Positions 37,210 through 49,900 of a stretch of 64,000 nt of DNA are shown one piece after another. Position 1 is the stretch's first letter, and the number at the start of each line of letters is the position of its first letter. Below the pieces are notes generated by a model, which had not been told where the DNA came from, did no database searches, and saw only the letters and a program-made list of their open reading frames with translations. A program made the position numbers and the translations under genes. This DNA is from Phaeosaccion multiseriatum (Eukaryota > Protista > Ochrophyta, other classes): assembly GCA_965112735.1 (NCBI GenBank), contig OZ218963.1, forward strand, positions 1,426,001-1,490,000. The letters run 5' to 3'.

Positions 37210-37986
37210 GGGCGTCGGGGCGACGGATTTGAGAAGCAGACCTCTGTCTTTCGACAACACCCTCACCCTCTGCACAATTGCTTCGGGGGCCTCGATCATC
37301 AGGCTCCAATTCCCTTGTCCCGGCCGCCTTCCTTCTCCTCATCTGTTAATACACAAATGATACCACACAAAAAGGCATGTATTGCATTCGGGCATGTATT
37401 GCGTTCAGGCGTCGCCAGCTGAGGCACCGGAAAGAAAAGCAAACTGAAACTTCGGCCACGGCTGGCACTTGTGGCTTCTCGCTTCTCTCTTCTCAAGTGC
37501 GGGTAAGCCTACAGGGGTGGGGATCCCTAACGACGTAGTGGTGTGCGGTGTGCTGCGTTGCCGCTCGCGTTCTTCGTTCTCGCTTGTTCTTAGAATTGTT
37601 CGTTGTTCTTTTCCCCCCTCTTCCTCCTTCCTCTTTCCCTCTTCCCTCTCTCTCTCTCTTCTTCCAATGCTCCTTTGCTTTGTGTGCGAAGAGCTCTCGG
37701 AGTACGTGCCGAGTGCTCGGAGGCGTGAGGCCTAACCCCATTCTCGGAGGGAAAGTTTCCTCCCCTTTTGGGTCTCTGGACCTTACCGCCCCGCGCCTCC
37801 CTGACACCACACCACACTCTCCTCGTCCTTCTTGCTTCATTCCTCTCCTCTCTATGTCCCTACCATTGCTACCCGCCCCTCTAGGTTCCGCACTTGCATC
37901 GCCAGGAGAGCATCACGGCACCAGCGCCTCGAGAAACGTACCCTGAAGTGCTTATCACCAAATACGCTGCCTCCGCGGGATTCATC

Positions 37987-40470
37987 ATGCCCCCCTCTAA
38001 ATATCGACTCAACATTACGGTCGCGGACCCCGTGGAGCATAAGGAGGTAAGCAGATTGAGTAGAATGACTGTGGCGTGTTTGTGCCTCCCCCCCCCCCGG
38101 CGAAAGCGCGCGCTCTCTCTCAAGCAATGATGAGTCTCTATTTGAACACAACATATACAGGGGCTGCACGCTTACGTAACATACAAGGTCAAGACGTCTA
38201 CGGATCGGCCCGAGTTCCAGTATGGCCAATTCAACGTCATTCGGCGCTTCAAGGACTTTGAGTGGCTGCACTTCAGATTGGGGGAGGAGTTCGCCGGAGT
38301 ACTCATGCCTCCCTTGCCGGAGAAGAAGCCCAAGATTGCAGGGGGCATGGACAAGGGCTTCATCGACCGTCGGATAAAGGAGTTGGAGCGTTTCATGAAC
38401 AGGGTGGCTGTGCACGAAGAGCTGAGCGGAGCGGAGAGCTTCCGAACGTTTCTCTGTGCCGACGACGCGGTAGGCGCCCAGCACACACCCCATCCCGCAC
38501 CCCTCTCGTCTTGCCTCTTTTGTACAGTATCTTGTTTCCTTTGTCTGTGCTGCAGCAGAGCCCCTTTCACGCTCTGCATGTGCCTGCAACGGCCCGGCCC
38601 CGCAAACTTTTCTCTTTTGTCAAGTCCCTCACCTCCTCTCCTCTTGCCTCCCTGTGCTCTCCCCCCCCCCCCCCCCACGCTGCGAAACGTCCTCTCTCTT
38701 GCTTGGGCTTGGGCTGGCTCGGCTTGAACCACAGGGGCTGGCGGAGACCAAGGAAGCAGAGAAGGCCGTCCGGCGCTCAGGGACTGGTAGTGGCATCAAA
38801 AAGTGGTTCGATGACTCGGTGACCATCGTGGGCAAGAAAGTCGTGGAGGTGCATCAGGTGCGTGGAGGGGTCAGCAATGCTCTTGGGAGAGGCAAGGGGT
38901 GGCGGCCGAAGGTGCAGCTTGGTATGGTGTTGTGGGCCTGGGGGAGGGGGTATGGAGAAGGTCCCTATATTACCTTGAGCGCCATCTATGGGTTGTCTAA
39001 AAGTAACGTTTCACCTGCGCCCTGGGCACTTAGTCCCCGAGGTCATATCCCTCCGACTCGTCAGTCCTCCCCGTCGGGAAAGTTACACACGGAACAGGAG
39101 AAGGGTGGAAATGCAGTAGCCTGCCACTGCGCACTCGAGAAAAATCCATTTTCTCCTCGTGTCTTTCCCTCACTCGCCCCGTGTCCTCCCTTTCATTGTC
39201 ATCTCGCAGCACGCTGCCCAGAAGGAGTCTGCTCCCAAGACGCCCGCGGACATGAAGTTTGAGGAGATATCCGCCTATGTCAACGAGCTCTGTGCCCAGC
39301 TTCGAAATGTGGCCGAGCACAGCAGCAACCTTGTGCGAGGCAAAAATAAGATGGTACGTACCTGAGGGTAGAGAAGGTGTCCGACATATGGGGGGGGGGG
39401 GAGACTTGGGTGTTCACTCCATTCCCATCACAACCAAGACTTTTCGAAAGGCTCCACACCCACCCACTCTCTACGTGTTTGCTTGCCACCGCAACCTCCT
39501 CCATCCATACGTGTACCGCACTTCCGTGTATCCCTTGTCAGGCAAATACACTCTACGAGTTCGGATTCGCCTTTACGCAGCTCGCCAAGGCTGAGGAGGA
39601 GAAGGCCCCCCTGGGGCAGGCCCTGCTGCACATGGGCCATTGCGCAGACGACGTGTCGGTGCAAGTCCGCGAGCAGTCCGGCAAGGAGGCAGAGCACTTC
39701 GAGGGGCCCATGCGGGACTATGTGCGAATCGTCGAGAGCTTGAAGGTAAGGCGCGGTCCGAGCGATCCGGTGCGGATTCGACCTTGGGTGAAGTGGTGTC
39801 ACTTACCCCCCCCCCCCCCGAGAGAAGAGAGGGAGGAGGTACTGGTTGTCATGATGATGCTTGCCCCGTTTTCATGGACTTGCTCGCGGGACCCTATCTA
39901 TATTAGGATACTTTACTAGAGATTGTCTGAAGAGGTCACGTTTCAATGCTACAATGTCTTGTCTCATGGCATTCGAACATACATGTGTGCTTCTCTGCTC
40001 TGCAGACGGCGCTGCGCAAGAGACAAGAGAAGAAAATCTCTGCCCTCACCGCTGGACACACCCTGGAGGCCAAGAAGGCTCAGCACGGCAAACTCGAGGG
40101 GCTGGGGGGCAAGGAAGACAAGGTGATTGTGGCCGAAGAGGCCGTGGCGATGGCTCAAGAGGCGCAAGAAGCGGCGCAAGAGGAGCTCAAGACTGTGAGC
40201 GAGCGCGTGCTGCATGAGTTTGAGCGTTTCAAGGCGGAGAAGGAGGTGGATGTGAAGAAGGTCCTGCTGGACTTTGCTCTCATTCAGGTGGACTATGCGA
40301 AGCAGCAGGAGGCTGCGTGGCAAGCCCTTATTCCTCAGATCGAAGCTTCGGCGTCGGTGTCTACTGGAGAAGGAGGGGGCTCCACCACAGCAGGCGTGCC
40401 GTCGTCGTCATCACCCAACAGTGCCTACACGGTGCCTGCCAACTCTGAGGAGGATCTTGTGGGTGTATAA
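37987..40470 (+). CDS. Sorting nexin (SNX1/2/Vps5-type PX-BAR)
   Basis: Exons ~37987-38046, 38161-38469, 38735-38857, 39210-39353, 39542-39745, 40006-40470. PX: ITVADP, YVTYKV, VIRRFKDFEWLH, PPLPEK, FIDRRIKELERFM. BAR: EFERFKAEK. The start may lie further upstream. Confidence 0.92.
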
Positions 40471-40656
40471 AGACGGGGAGAGTGACTGAGCAGGGCAGCT
40501 CCTTCGAACCACATTTTTGCTACAGTTTACAATGCGATGAAAAGCTCGGAGGCTGACGGATACTGACCAACCAAATCCTCCTTTGACCAAACAGCGTGCC
40601 AGTATGAATATTATTTCGATTTCGCCTCTCCCCAAGACAATTTATTGCCTCGTGCC

Positions 40657-42597
40657 TCACACGTATGTATGCCACAGATGCGGCAACTGTGGGTCGGACC
40701 CCCCTCTGTCTATCCGATGGACATGTCCACCCTCTCCTGTTGCCGCGGCCACTCCATGCTGTTGCAAAGACGCCCCACAAACCATACCACCACCACTTAG
40801 CCCCTTCCCCTTGCTCCCGTCGGGAGTGACGAGCGCGGCCACGTTTCTCACCAGGGGCGGCTGCTGCTGTGCCTCTTTCGCACAGGGAGAGGAGGGCACG
40901 GAAAAAGTCCAACGAATGTCCCGCACCCCCTCCGCACACGGCGCTGATAGGCTCTGATCCGGAGCCCCCCCTGGACACTTCTCCTCCTCCTCCTCCTCCT
41001 CCTCCTTCTCATCGACCACCACCCCCTCGTGGGTGCAGTCGCTCGCCGCCATGCTCCTCGGCCTAGTACGGCTACTCTGAAGATCCCTTCCATCATCGGT
41101 GTTACGAGCTGATCCCCCCTCGCCCTGAAGCCCCCCCTGCGCTGGAGGTGGCTGCTGCTGTATCATCAACTGCTGCAACCCCCCTGCCTCCTCCTCGATC
41201 TGCAGCCCTTGCGCCTGTCGCATGTCCACTTCCTCCTTCACAACCGCCTGCTCCCAGACCGTCCGGATTCGCTCCGCGTCAGCATGCACCTCTTGTTCTT
41301 CACGGGAGGCAAATGATGTGCGGACTCTTGCCTGACGGTGCTCCTCTCCTGCACCTCTTCTGCTGATTGCAGTTGCGATAGTAGTAGCAGTGGCAGAGCG
41401 GAAGGCCTCTGACCTCAGCGATAACGGCCGCCGCCCTGTGGCGACCTTCGCCGAGGCCCTCAGTGCCTGGTGGCGGTAGGCCTCCAGCACCAGAGCTTTG
41501 CGTTGAGCGCTCTGCATAAGGGGGTGCGGCTCCACTATTTGCGCGAGAAACGACGCGGGTATGAGTGAAAAGCGAACGCACTGTAACAGCGCTCCAGCCA
41601 CACTCCCCCCTCCCGCCTCGTCCTCCTCCTTCTCCTTCTCCTCCTCCTCCTCCTCCTCCTCCTCCTCCTCCTCTTCCTCGTCGTCGCGGTCCTTCCCACC
41701 GCCACGTGAAGCACGATCGCCCAGTGAAAAAGCTGCGCTCCAACCTGTGTCGTCATCAGCAACCACTGTGCACGTCGCTGATCCTCCCGCATCCACTCCT
41801 CCCCCTCCCCCTCCTCCTCCTCCTCCTCCTCTTCCTCCCTCTCGTCCCGCCTCAGTCCTGGCACGGTGCAAGATCCAGGTCGTCACGGCCTGGAAAGCAA
41901 ACTCTTCCGTGGTCTGCAGATCTTCCGCGGTTAAAAGCTGTTCAACGGTTTCGGACCAGCGGGAGGGCAAGAGAGGGTGAAGCAAGTGTAAGGGGGATTG
42001 ACAATAGAGGTGGTGCTGAAAGCATGTACTTAGCGCGTTTCCGGCTGCCCTCTCACCTCCTCCAAGAGACCACTTGGCAAAGACAAGAAGCCGTCTGAGA
42101 ACGTCGGGAGCAGAGAGTCATGCTTGGTGCTAGCAGTCGTGACTGACGCATTCGTCGAATCCACAAGGGAGGCCCCTCCCTCGCTGCTCATCGCGACCAC
42201 CCTGAAATGCTTGAGAACGAACTGAAACAAGCACTTTCGAAGGGCCTGGGCACACACGTAGCAGCGACTACCCTTGCCCCGCCTCTCTCGCCCCGAGCCT
42301 GAGGACACTTTCACCGGAACCTTCCCCGCATACGCCTGTGCACGCGCCCGTTCCCGCTCTGCAATGGCCAGGAGCAGACACGCATTCTCCGGTGTCACAG
42401 CGGATGCGATGAACGAGCAGCAGACCTCGTGCAGACTTTCCACAAGCAGCTCTGAAGAAAGACACAAGAGGCTCTCCACATTGGCGACGCTCAGACTGAC
42501 GCTGTGATCGTAGAGGAAGTCCAGGAGGCGTGCTGCGGCTTCGGGAGCATGTCCACGCAAGGAGAGCATGAGCAGGCGGCGTGGTTGTTGCTGTTGC

Positions 42598-42638
<41 letters not shown>

Positions 42639-43493
42639 ATGATGACCCAGTGGGGTGACAGAGCCCAACTTTAGTAGTTCTGTCGACCGCAGGTCGCCTC
42701 GTCTCCTCTCAGACCGTGCCCCTCCTCCTCCTCCTCCTCCTCCTCCTCCTCCTCCTCCTCCTCCTCCTCCTCCTCCTGCTGCTGCTGCTGCTGCTGCTGG
42801 TGTTGCTGCTGCTGCTGCTGCCACTTGTTTTTCCTCCTCGGAACAGACTTCCACCAGTACCGGCATCGTAAGCCCAGGCGAGTGTGATGCTGGAAGGAGA
42901 GGACACAAGTGTAGCAGCTCATCTCTGATGAGGGGGCTGGCCGCGGCAAGTATGCAAGCGTGAGCCATAAGCTGTAGGTCGCCCGCACTAACGACAACGT
43001 CCTTGAGGGACTCGTTCCGTCTCAGCTGCTCAAACATCCTCTGCAGCCCCCGCTCCCCGAGGCTAGCTCCACCACCCCGTCCCCGGCCGTTCTCACCCTT
43101 CTGCTGCAGCCAGCCTCCCCGCACTTCTTCTTCTTCATCAGCGCCATCCTCTCCTGGCAGGGTGATTCTAACGCGCTGCCTCTTGCCTCGATCTTTCCTT
43201 CTACTGCAAGTGCTGGTGCTGCTGACATTAACGGTGCTTGTGGAGGCCCTCCGACGGACAAGAGCTGCCCCCAAGAAAAGGGACATGCCAACGAACACGA
43301 GCCTCCTGTTGTCCCCCATGCCCTCCCATTTCGACACCAGTGTCCCCAAGAATACTCGCAGGCTTCGTCGCCAAGTCGAGGACACGGAAGCCGCGAGGGT
43401 CAGCAGCCATCGGACCAACCCAAACGGGAGGCGGCTCCTCTGATCAAGAGCAACCGCCCTCCCGTCAAGTGAAAGAGTTTTCCAGCTGGCCAT
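40657..43493 (-). CDS. BTB/POZ-BACK domain protein with low-complexity inserts
   Basis: DVVVSAG..LMAHACILAAASP, LLDFLY...NVESLLCLSSELLVESLHEVCCSF, ENACLLLAIAE, FLSLP..LLEE|LLTAEDL...AVTTWI, LLQCVRFSLI. Intron 42056-41938. Confidence 0.85.
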
Positions 43494-45259
43494 GAGAGAC
43501 TCCAGCGGTAGAGCAGCCTGTCCTCGCCCCCTACAAAATTAAGGGGTGATACGGACAGAGGAAGAGAGGAAGAGCTCTCGCTCTCCCTTAAACTTCCCTT
43601 CGTTTGAACCACATTGAATCCAACTGAAACTTCGCACATTGTTTGTTGGCGCCATCCCGCCGCCGCCCGACCCAGGCCATGGCTGGTGGATGGAACGTTT
43701 CATGTGAACGCCATGATCGCAGGTGCTGTACACCCCGTGTGCATAGGCTTGGTTGACGAGGACAACCCAAACCCTACGCTGTCCGTGCGCACTCTGATCC
43801 ATGCTTTGTCGTACCCAACATCAGTGAAGAAGGGGAGGGAGATAGAAGAGGAGCATGGGAAGAGAGGCATAGGAGAAAAGCAGAAGATGCCCGTAGGAAT
43901 TGATGCGCTCCCTCTCTCCCTCCCCCCTCCGTCCCTCCAGCTCAAAGCTCCGCAGAGGCAGCGCCGAGACCGCACAGCAGCAGTAGCAGCAGCTGCAGGA
44001 GAGGCATCACATCACGCCGCTCGTCATGTCATGCAGGTGGGTGGGTGAGAGAGGAAGAGTCCTTTGGGGTGGGGAGGGAGCACAGAAGGGGAGCATGGGA
44101 AGAGAGGCGTACAAGTAGAAGACGCCCGTAGGAATTGATGGAGTGGGGGAGTCCTCGGTGGACAGAGGTGCCGCAGCCGGGCGACGACCAGAGAGGGGAG
44201 AGTTGTTAGCGAATTGTGCGATCGACTTTGACCGCTGGGCTTGCGTCTGGAACAAGGGCTGCAGTGACGAAAGGACTCGGCAAGTGGAGCAACGTTTTCC
44301 GCAAGTCGAGTGCACATCTGCGCCAGTATCACGACCTGCTGAAGAGGAGGCAGCCTGACAACAGACTTGAGGCGACCGGCGCCTGGGAGGAGTTCACCAC
44401 TCCGTCTTAGAGCCACAACCGACGTGCCCATCGCCAGGACAGCTCGAGCAACTGAGGCTGAGGGAGGAGCCTATGTCTTTGGTAGCAGCAACTGCTGCGG
44501 CTGCGGCTGCGAGTAGCGCCGAGGCGTGCACCCTGCGGGAGCAAGCCCCCTAATTAGGGTGGAAGCGTGCCTAAATAGCGGTGCTAGTGGTCGACCGGCC
44601 ACACTTCGCGCTGAATCACAGCGGAAGTGGGCCTGTAAGATGTGCAAGAAGTGTGGGCATTAGCAGGAGGCTCGGAGGGATGGCGTGGGCTTGCACACAG
44701 GGAAGGAGAAGACTTGTTGCATACCGACAAGCGGACCTGGAAGCGCAATCGCAATGGCGAGCTCATTCCAGCGACCCAGTCCGCCAGCAAGATGTATGGT
44801 GGGCCCTGTGAGTGTGTATTCTGCAGTTCATTCGCAGCTTCTAAGCCATAGAAAGGCCAATTCAGGGCCAATAAAGGGGGGCAAAGTCTCTTCGCTTGTT
44901 GTAATCCACTAGCCAGTCGCCAGTTGGGGTGGGGGAATTTGAATTTAATTCTAAAGAATTCAAGTTGGTTAAGATGAGACAGTCAATAAGCCAGAGAGCG
45001 GGGGGAGTAGGACGAGAGGGAGAGAGAGAGGCAGAGCGCGAGAGGGAGGGAGCGGGAGCGCGACTGATTAGGGGTCAAATGAACTGAAACTGAAACTATA
45101 CTGGCTAAGGCCTAACAAACTAAACTCCGCGGGCAGGCCGACTTCTCTCCTCCGCTCTACTATAGCTAATCAAGAGCCAGGCCTGGCTCAGCCAGAATCA
45201 ATAATCAGGCCAGCTGCGCTGGCCATAATTAATAATCAGATAATCATAATGTAGAAAGA

Positions 45260-48053
45260 TCACGCAAGATGGCCATTTGCCGCGTAGACATTGGCCAGTT
45301 GTTCCGCCAACTTTGCGGAAACGATCGGCGAACGATCATCCCTATTCACTGGGAACCACGACCTTCCTCCATCCGCGAGAGCGATGAGTGGCAGTATCTT
45401 GCCAAAGGGGTTGCAACCCCGCCCACAAGAGGGGCAAAATATCTTGAGCCCACGGCTGAGGAAAGCGGGTAGCTGTCCGAAAGAGCTCGTAGCAGAGATG
45501 ATGACGTCGGCGTTGGCCATGCACCTGCACGCAACAACGCATGACGAGATAGATATGACGGGGTTTGTCGATTGCCGTTACGTTACGCCCCAATGGGGTG
45601 GTGGGAGGGGGAGGAGGGGACCGGGTTTGTGTAAAGAGCTCACCTTATTGCAGTGTTCTCGCGGCCATTCAAATGTAGGACTGTATCGTAGTTCTTGCCC
45701 TGGCTGGAGACGAAAAAGTGGGCCTCAGGCCGATTGCATACTCCGCCCATTTCTCTTTCCTGACAATGCTCAGGGGGCTTGGCAGCAAGGCAAGCCGCAA
45801 CCTATTGAAGGTGTGCACGGACAGCCATGGATGGGGTCACAAACAAAGCGGGAGGGGATGGGTGGGAAGAAAGGAGGACAGGAGGAATACTGGACGAACC
45901 AACCCAGGCATCCTTTCGAGCCATCCCCCTGTCAACCCACCCAAGCCCCATTCATAAATACCCAGCATGACACATACCTGTTCGTGACTGATGTGTAGGT
46001 GTGGAAACTCCCGAAAGTATCCCAACTGATTTGGGCATGGCTCCCGAGACTCGGAGTAAACGTGGACCCTTGGCGGCTCACGGTCAAGCTCTTCCGCGGC
46101 GGCCGCGATACGAGAAACGAGGGCCCCAACGTCCATATCGAAGCCCTCCACCGTCTGATCTCTGGTCATGTCACATTTTTTTAGCTCTCTTCGTCGTGGC
46201 GGTGCTGTCTTTCTTACGTAGTCTCCCTGGCGCAGTTGAATGGCGACATTTAACCGGGCGTACGGAAATTCACAGCCGTCGTAGGGGTGATACCTGGATG
46301 CAGACAGGGAAACGAGAACCGAAAGAGTGCCAGTGTGGCAAAGAACAGTGTGGCAAAGCAAAACACGGGCATATAGAAGGGCGGTCCATGAGGGGCTGTG
46401 AGGATTGACGAACTACAGTGTGTGCCTCGAGGTAGAGGGTTGGCAACGAGGCTCAGCAATAGTAGCAGGGTACAGAGCAGACCTAAACGAAACGAAAACA
46501 ATTTCCTCCTTATTCCCCTTCTCTCCCGCCCTGGGCCAGCTCCTCCCCCCCCCCCATCCTGCCCCCCATGTCCTTACCCCGGCCGAGGTGCGTGAAATGC
46601 GTCGCGTATCCGATCTCGCCCCGCTAGGATGGTCGAGGGTAAGGCCACTAGTACGTCCAGACACGAACGACAAAACAGAGAAAAAGCGTTGGACTGACGA
46701 TGGGAAGAAAATGGCCTCTCAAGACACCTGGTGTTCGTTGAACAATTCATAGCTCATACCTGCAGGGTCCAGTCCATTTCGCCACGGCTGACCTCGCAGA
46801 ACTGCGTTGATAGGCTCCTTCGGAAGGCACATCACATTCACCTTTGGTTTCGCCCCTGGATGTTCTTTCATCGACCTCAGCCATTCCTCGAACACTTCAA
46901 GGTCGACAATCTCCTCCTTCTCGTGGAAACAATAGGGAAATGCGCGTGTGGCGGGGTCAGCAAATTTGGATCCAAATCAGCAGCAGCAGAATCTGATGCA
47001 GAAGTCAGTGCCCAGCAGCCACTGGCGACGAAAAAGGGCAGTCGCAGGTGGTGGACATATAGGAAAGAGTGAGATAAGGAACTACACAGACACGGAGCAA
47101 GAGCCTGATAACCTCACCCTCGAGTTCGTCATCTTCTTCCAATGGACAAAGCTACTCACCGGCTTAGGGACAGCTTCCACAGCATACGCCCTAATGTTGA
47201 AGAACTCTTCCCAATCCGACACTACGCATCGGAACACTGACGAGAGGTTCTCATAACTGGTGTCCTCGGGGTTGGACAATCCCACAACAACCGTGCGGTG
47301 GCAGTAAAGGGTGCCATTACGCCAAACGGCGCCTCGTCCTTGTTGAGCGTTGAAAGAGGCAAGACTCTCCTCCAACACCAGCCGATCCTCTTGCTGTCAG
47401 TCGGTGGGCATGCGAGAGTCGAGCGAGAGGTACATCCTAAGCCAGGGGAGAAACTCCTTCCTTTCTGTTCATTTACTTACCGCCACCTCCGTGTGCTCCA
47501 TAACCGCCGGAATGACACTCTGACAACCAAGGCCTCCCGCGAGGATCACACTCCAGAACCAACGCAGAAACGAACCCCCTATGCCATCGTGCGTTCTCTC
47601 AACAACAAGTGTGCAAGATATTTTCAGGTCCTGTGTCGTCCGCCACAGGTTCAGCCATGTCGTGGACGAGTTCATTTGGATCACATCGACCTCTTGGAAA
47701 CCGTCCTCCCAGATGTCCATCACCCTTCGCGTGTCATCCAAGCTCCATCGGGTTGTTCCTTCATCTGCTCCTCCTCCTCCTCCCCCTCCTCCTCCTCCTC
47801 CTCCTCCTCCTCCTCCTCCTCCTCCTCCTCCTCCTCCTCCATCTCTCTCCCCCTCCTCTACCTCCCAATCTCTCCTCCCCCTCGACTCAAGGTCATGTGG
47901 TTGTCTTGACTGAGGGCTTGCGTGGGCCAGCAAGGGGTGACAGGTGAGATTGGCGAGGCTGCTGATGGCCGCGATGGCTAAGGCTGTTGTCAAGGTTTGG
48001 AAGACGGAGTATCGTTTGATGTGTACGCATTTGCTTGCCGTCCTCTCACTCAT
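45260..48053 (-). CDS. Putative type II membrane glycosyltransferase (fucosyltransferase-like GT-B motifs), multi-exon
   Basis: N-terminal hydrophobic anchor (TLTTALAIAAISSLA), HDGIGG, NVAIQLRQGDY (resembles the H-x-R-x-x-D motif), RVHVYSE, ADVIISATSSFG. Donor at 47480; internal exons only partly resolved. Confidence 0.65.
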
Positions 48054-48120
48054 TCGATTCGCAGCTAGAACTAAGTGTCTTGAGGGGGAGGGGGAGTTCC
48101 CCTTCCTATCGTTCGTGCTA

Positions 48121-48842
48121 CTGTGATTTCGCGGTTGAGTGGCACTTTTGACGCCCAATTACGCCCCATTAATTTTTTTTACGCCAAATGACGATTTTTT
48201 TGACGACGTTTGACGACGTTTGACGACGCTTTAGCCCCCTATTTGACGCCCTTTGACGCCTTTTTGACGCTCTTTGACGCCCTTTGACGCCCTTTTCCGT
48301 GATTTTTTTTTACGTGATTTTTTTTAGACGAAATTAAGGCGAATGAAGATAAAAGGGCGTCAAAGTGCATCAAAGGGCGTCAAAGGGCGTCAAATAGGGG
48401 GCTAAAGCGTCGTCAAACGTCGTCAAACGTCGTCAAAAAAATCGTCATATGGCGTAAAAAAAAATTAATGGGGCGTAATTGGGCGTCAAAAGTGCCACTC
48501 AACCGCGAAATCACAGTAATTTTTTTTGACGCCAAATGACGATTTTTTTGACGACGTTTGACGACGTTTGACGACGTTTGACGACGCTTTAGCCCCCTAT
48601 TTGACGCCATTTGACGCCCTTTTATCTTAATTCGCCTTAATTTCGTCTAAAAAAAATCACGGAAAAAAAATCACGGAAAAGGGCGTCAAAGGGCGTCAAA
48701 GAGCGTCAAAAGGCGTCAAAGGGCGTCAAATAGGGGGCTAAAGCGTCGTCAAACGTCGTCAAACGTCGTCAAAGTAATCGTCATTTGGCGTAAAAAAAAA
48801 TTAAAGGGGCGTCAAAAGTGCCACTCAACCGCGAAATCACAG
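48121..48842. mobile_element. Two adjacent, oppositely oriented copies of MITE family C
   Basis: Copy 1 (48121-48516) has TIRs CTGTGATTTCGCGGTTGAGTGGC.../...GCCACTCAACCGCGAAATCACAG and TA on both sides. Copy 2 (~48519-48842) has the asymmetric core reversed and lacks the outer left arm. Confidence 0.88.
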
Positions 48843-48951
48843 CACGAGCATTTAAAAAAAAAAAAAAATTCAAAACCATAATTTCGTGGGGCAGGTGCCC
48901 CACTTCACGGTACTATTAGACATACGGACTACAAAAACTTAACTACGCACT

Positions 48952-49019
48952 GCACTCACTCACTCACTCACTCACTCACTCACTCACTCACTCACTCACT
49001 CACTCACTCACTCACTCAC
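48952..49019. repeat. (CACT)n microsatellite
   Basis: Direct observation. Confidence 0.9.
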
Positions 49020-49900
49020 CTACGCATGCACGCACACGTCATCCGCGGGCGGAGAGCGGAGAGTCGGAGAGAATTGACTGGTCAGAGGGTAAGAGGGAGA
49101 AAGCTTGGCCTCAAAGGGTAACCGGGGGAATAGAGGGGAAGAAAGGGGGGGGAGCCGGGGACTAGAGGAGACTCCTTGAGCTTGCCAAGCAGGCGGTCTG
49201 GGGCCGATGAGAGTGAATTGTTGGTGTTTGAATGTGCTTAGAGGATACGGCCTCTTTGACCTCTTGAGACGCCTTTCGGTTGCTGGCTTCTGGCAAGGCA
49301 ACACAAATGGTGATGGAGCCGACTGCCTGGGGCCGACCAACCCCACGCCGTGCATGTCCCGGCATCCTGCTTGCCCCTCACTTTCGATCACGTGGGTTGA
49401 GCAACGCATTCCAGCCATCTCGTCATTCACCCCTGCCCCCCCGGGTGTCGCGCTCAGGGGCCGAGTCTTCATCCACAGGGGCGCTGGAATGAATGGATGG
49501 GTCACAGAAGTCGAGCCTCCCTCAACCCCCGCCCTCGGCCTTGGAGCAACACATGCCCTCCGTGTGGGGCTCAGTGCTAGTACAGGTTGTACGCAAAAGA
49601 AGGGAAAAACCCTTTATTGACTTATAGAGTAGAGAACTGGCGGTTTGGCTTCCGCTTCCTCGCGCCCCGTCGTGGCCCTTCTGTCATGGGACTGCACCCT
49701 CTGGAAGCAAGGGTGCAAGGATGGATAAGTCAAGGAGCGAGGGTGGAGGTCTGGTGTGGGAACCTGCTCATTTCCGTCACGGCCTCCGCCACGGCCTCCC
49801 TCACCTTCTCAGGGTGTCATGTGAGCAGAAGCCCGGTAGGGGGGAGGCATCAACATAGACGGATGAGGCCAGATGCCTCCAACCTCAGATGATGAGATTC

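Noticed and set aside
43600-45250. Possible gene between the BTB and GT genes (CKKCGH motif; ~50-bp direct repeat at ~43850 and ~44090)
   Set aside because: Frames are broken by stops and I recognise no domain.
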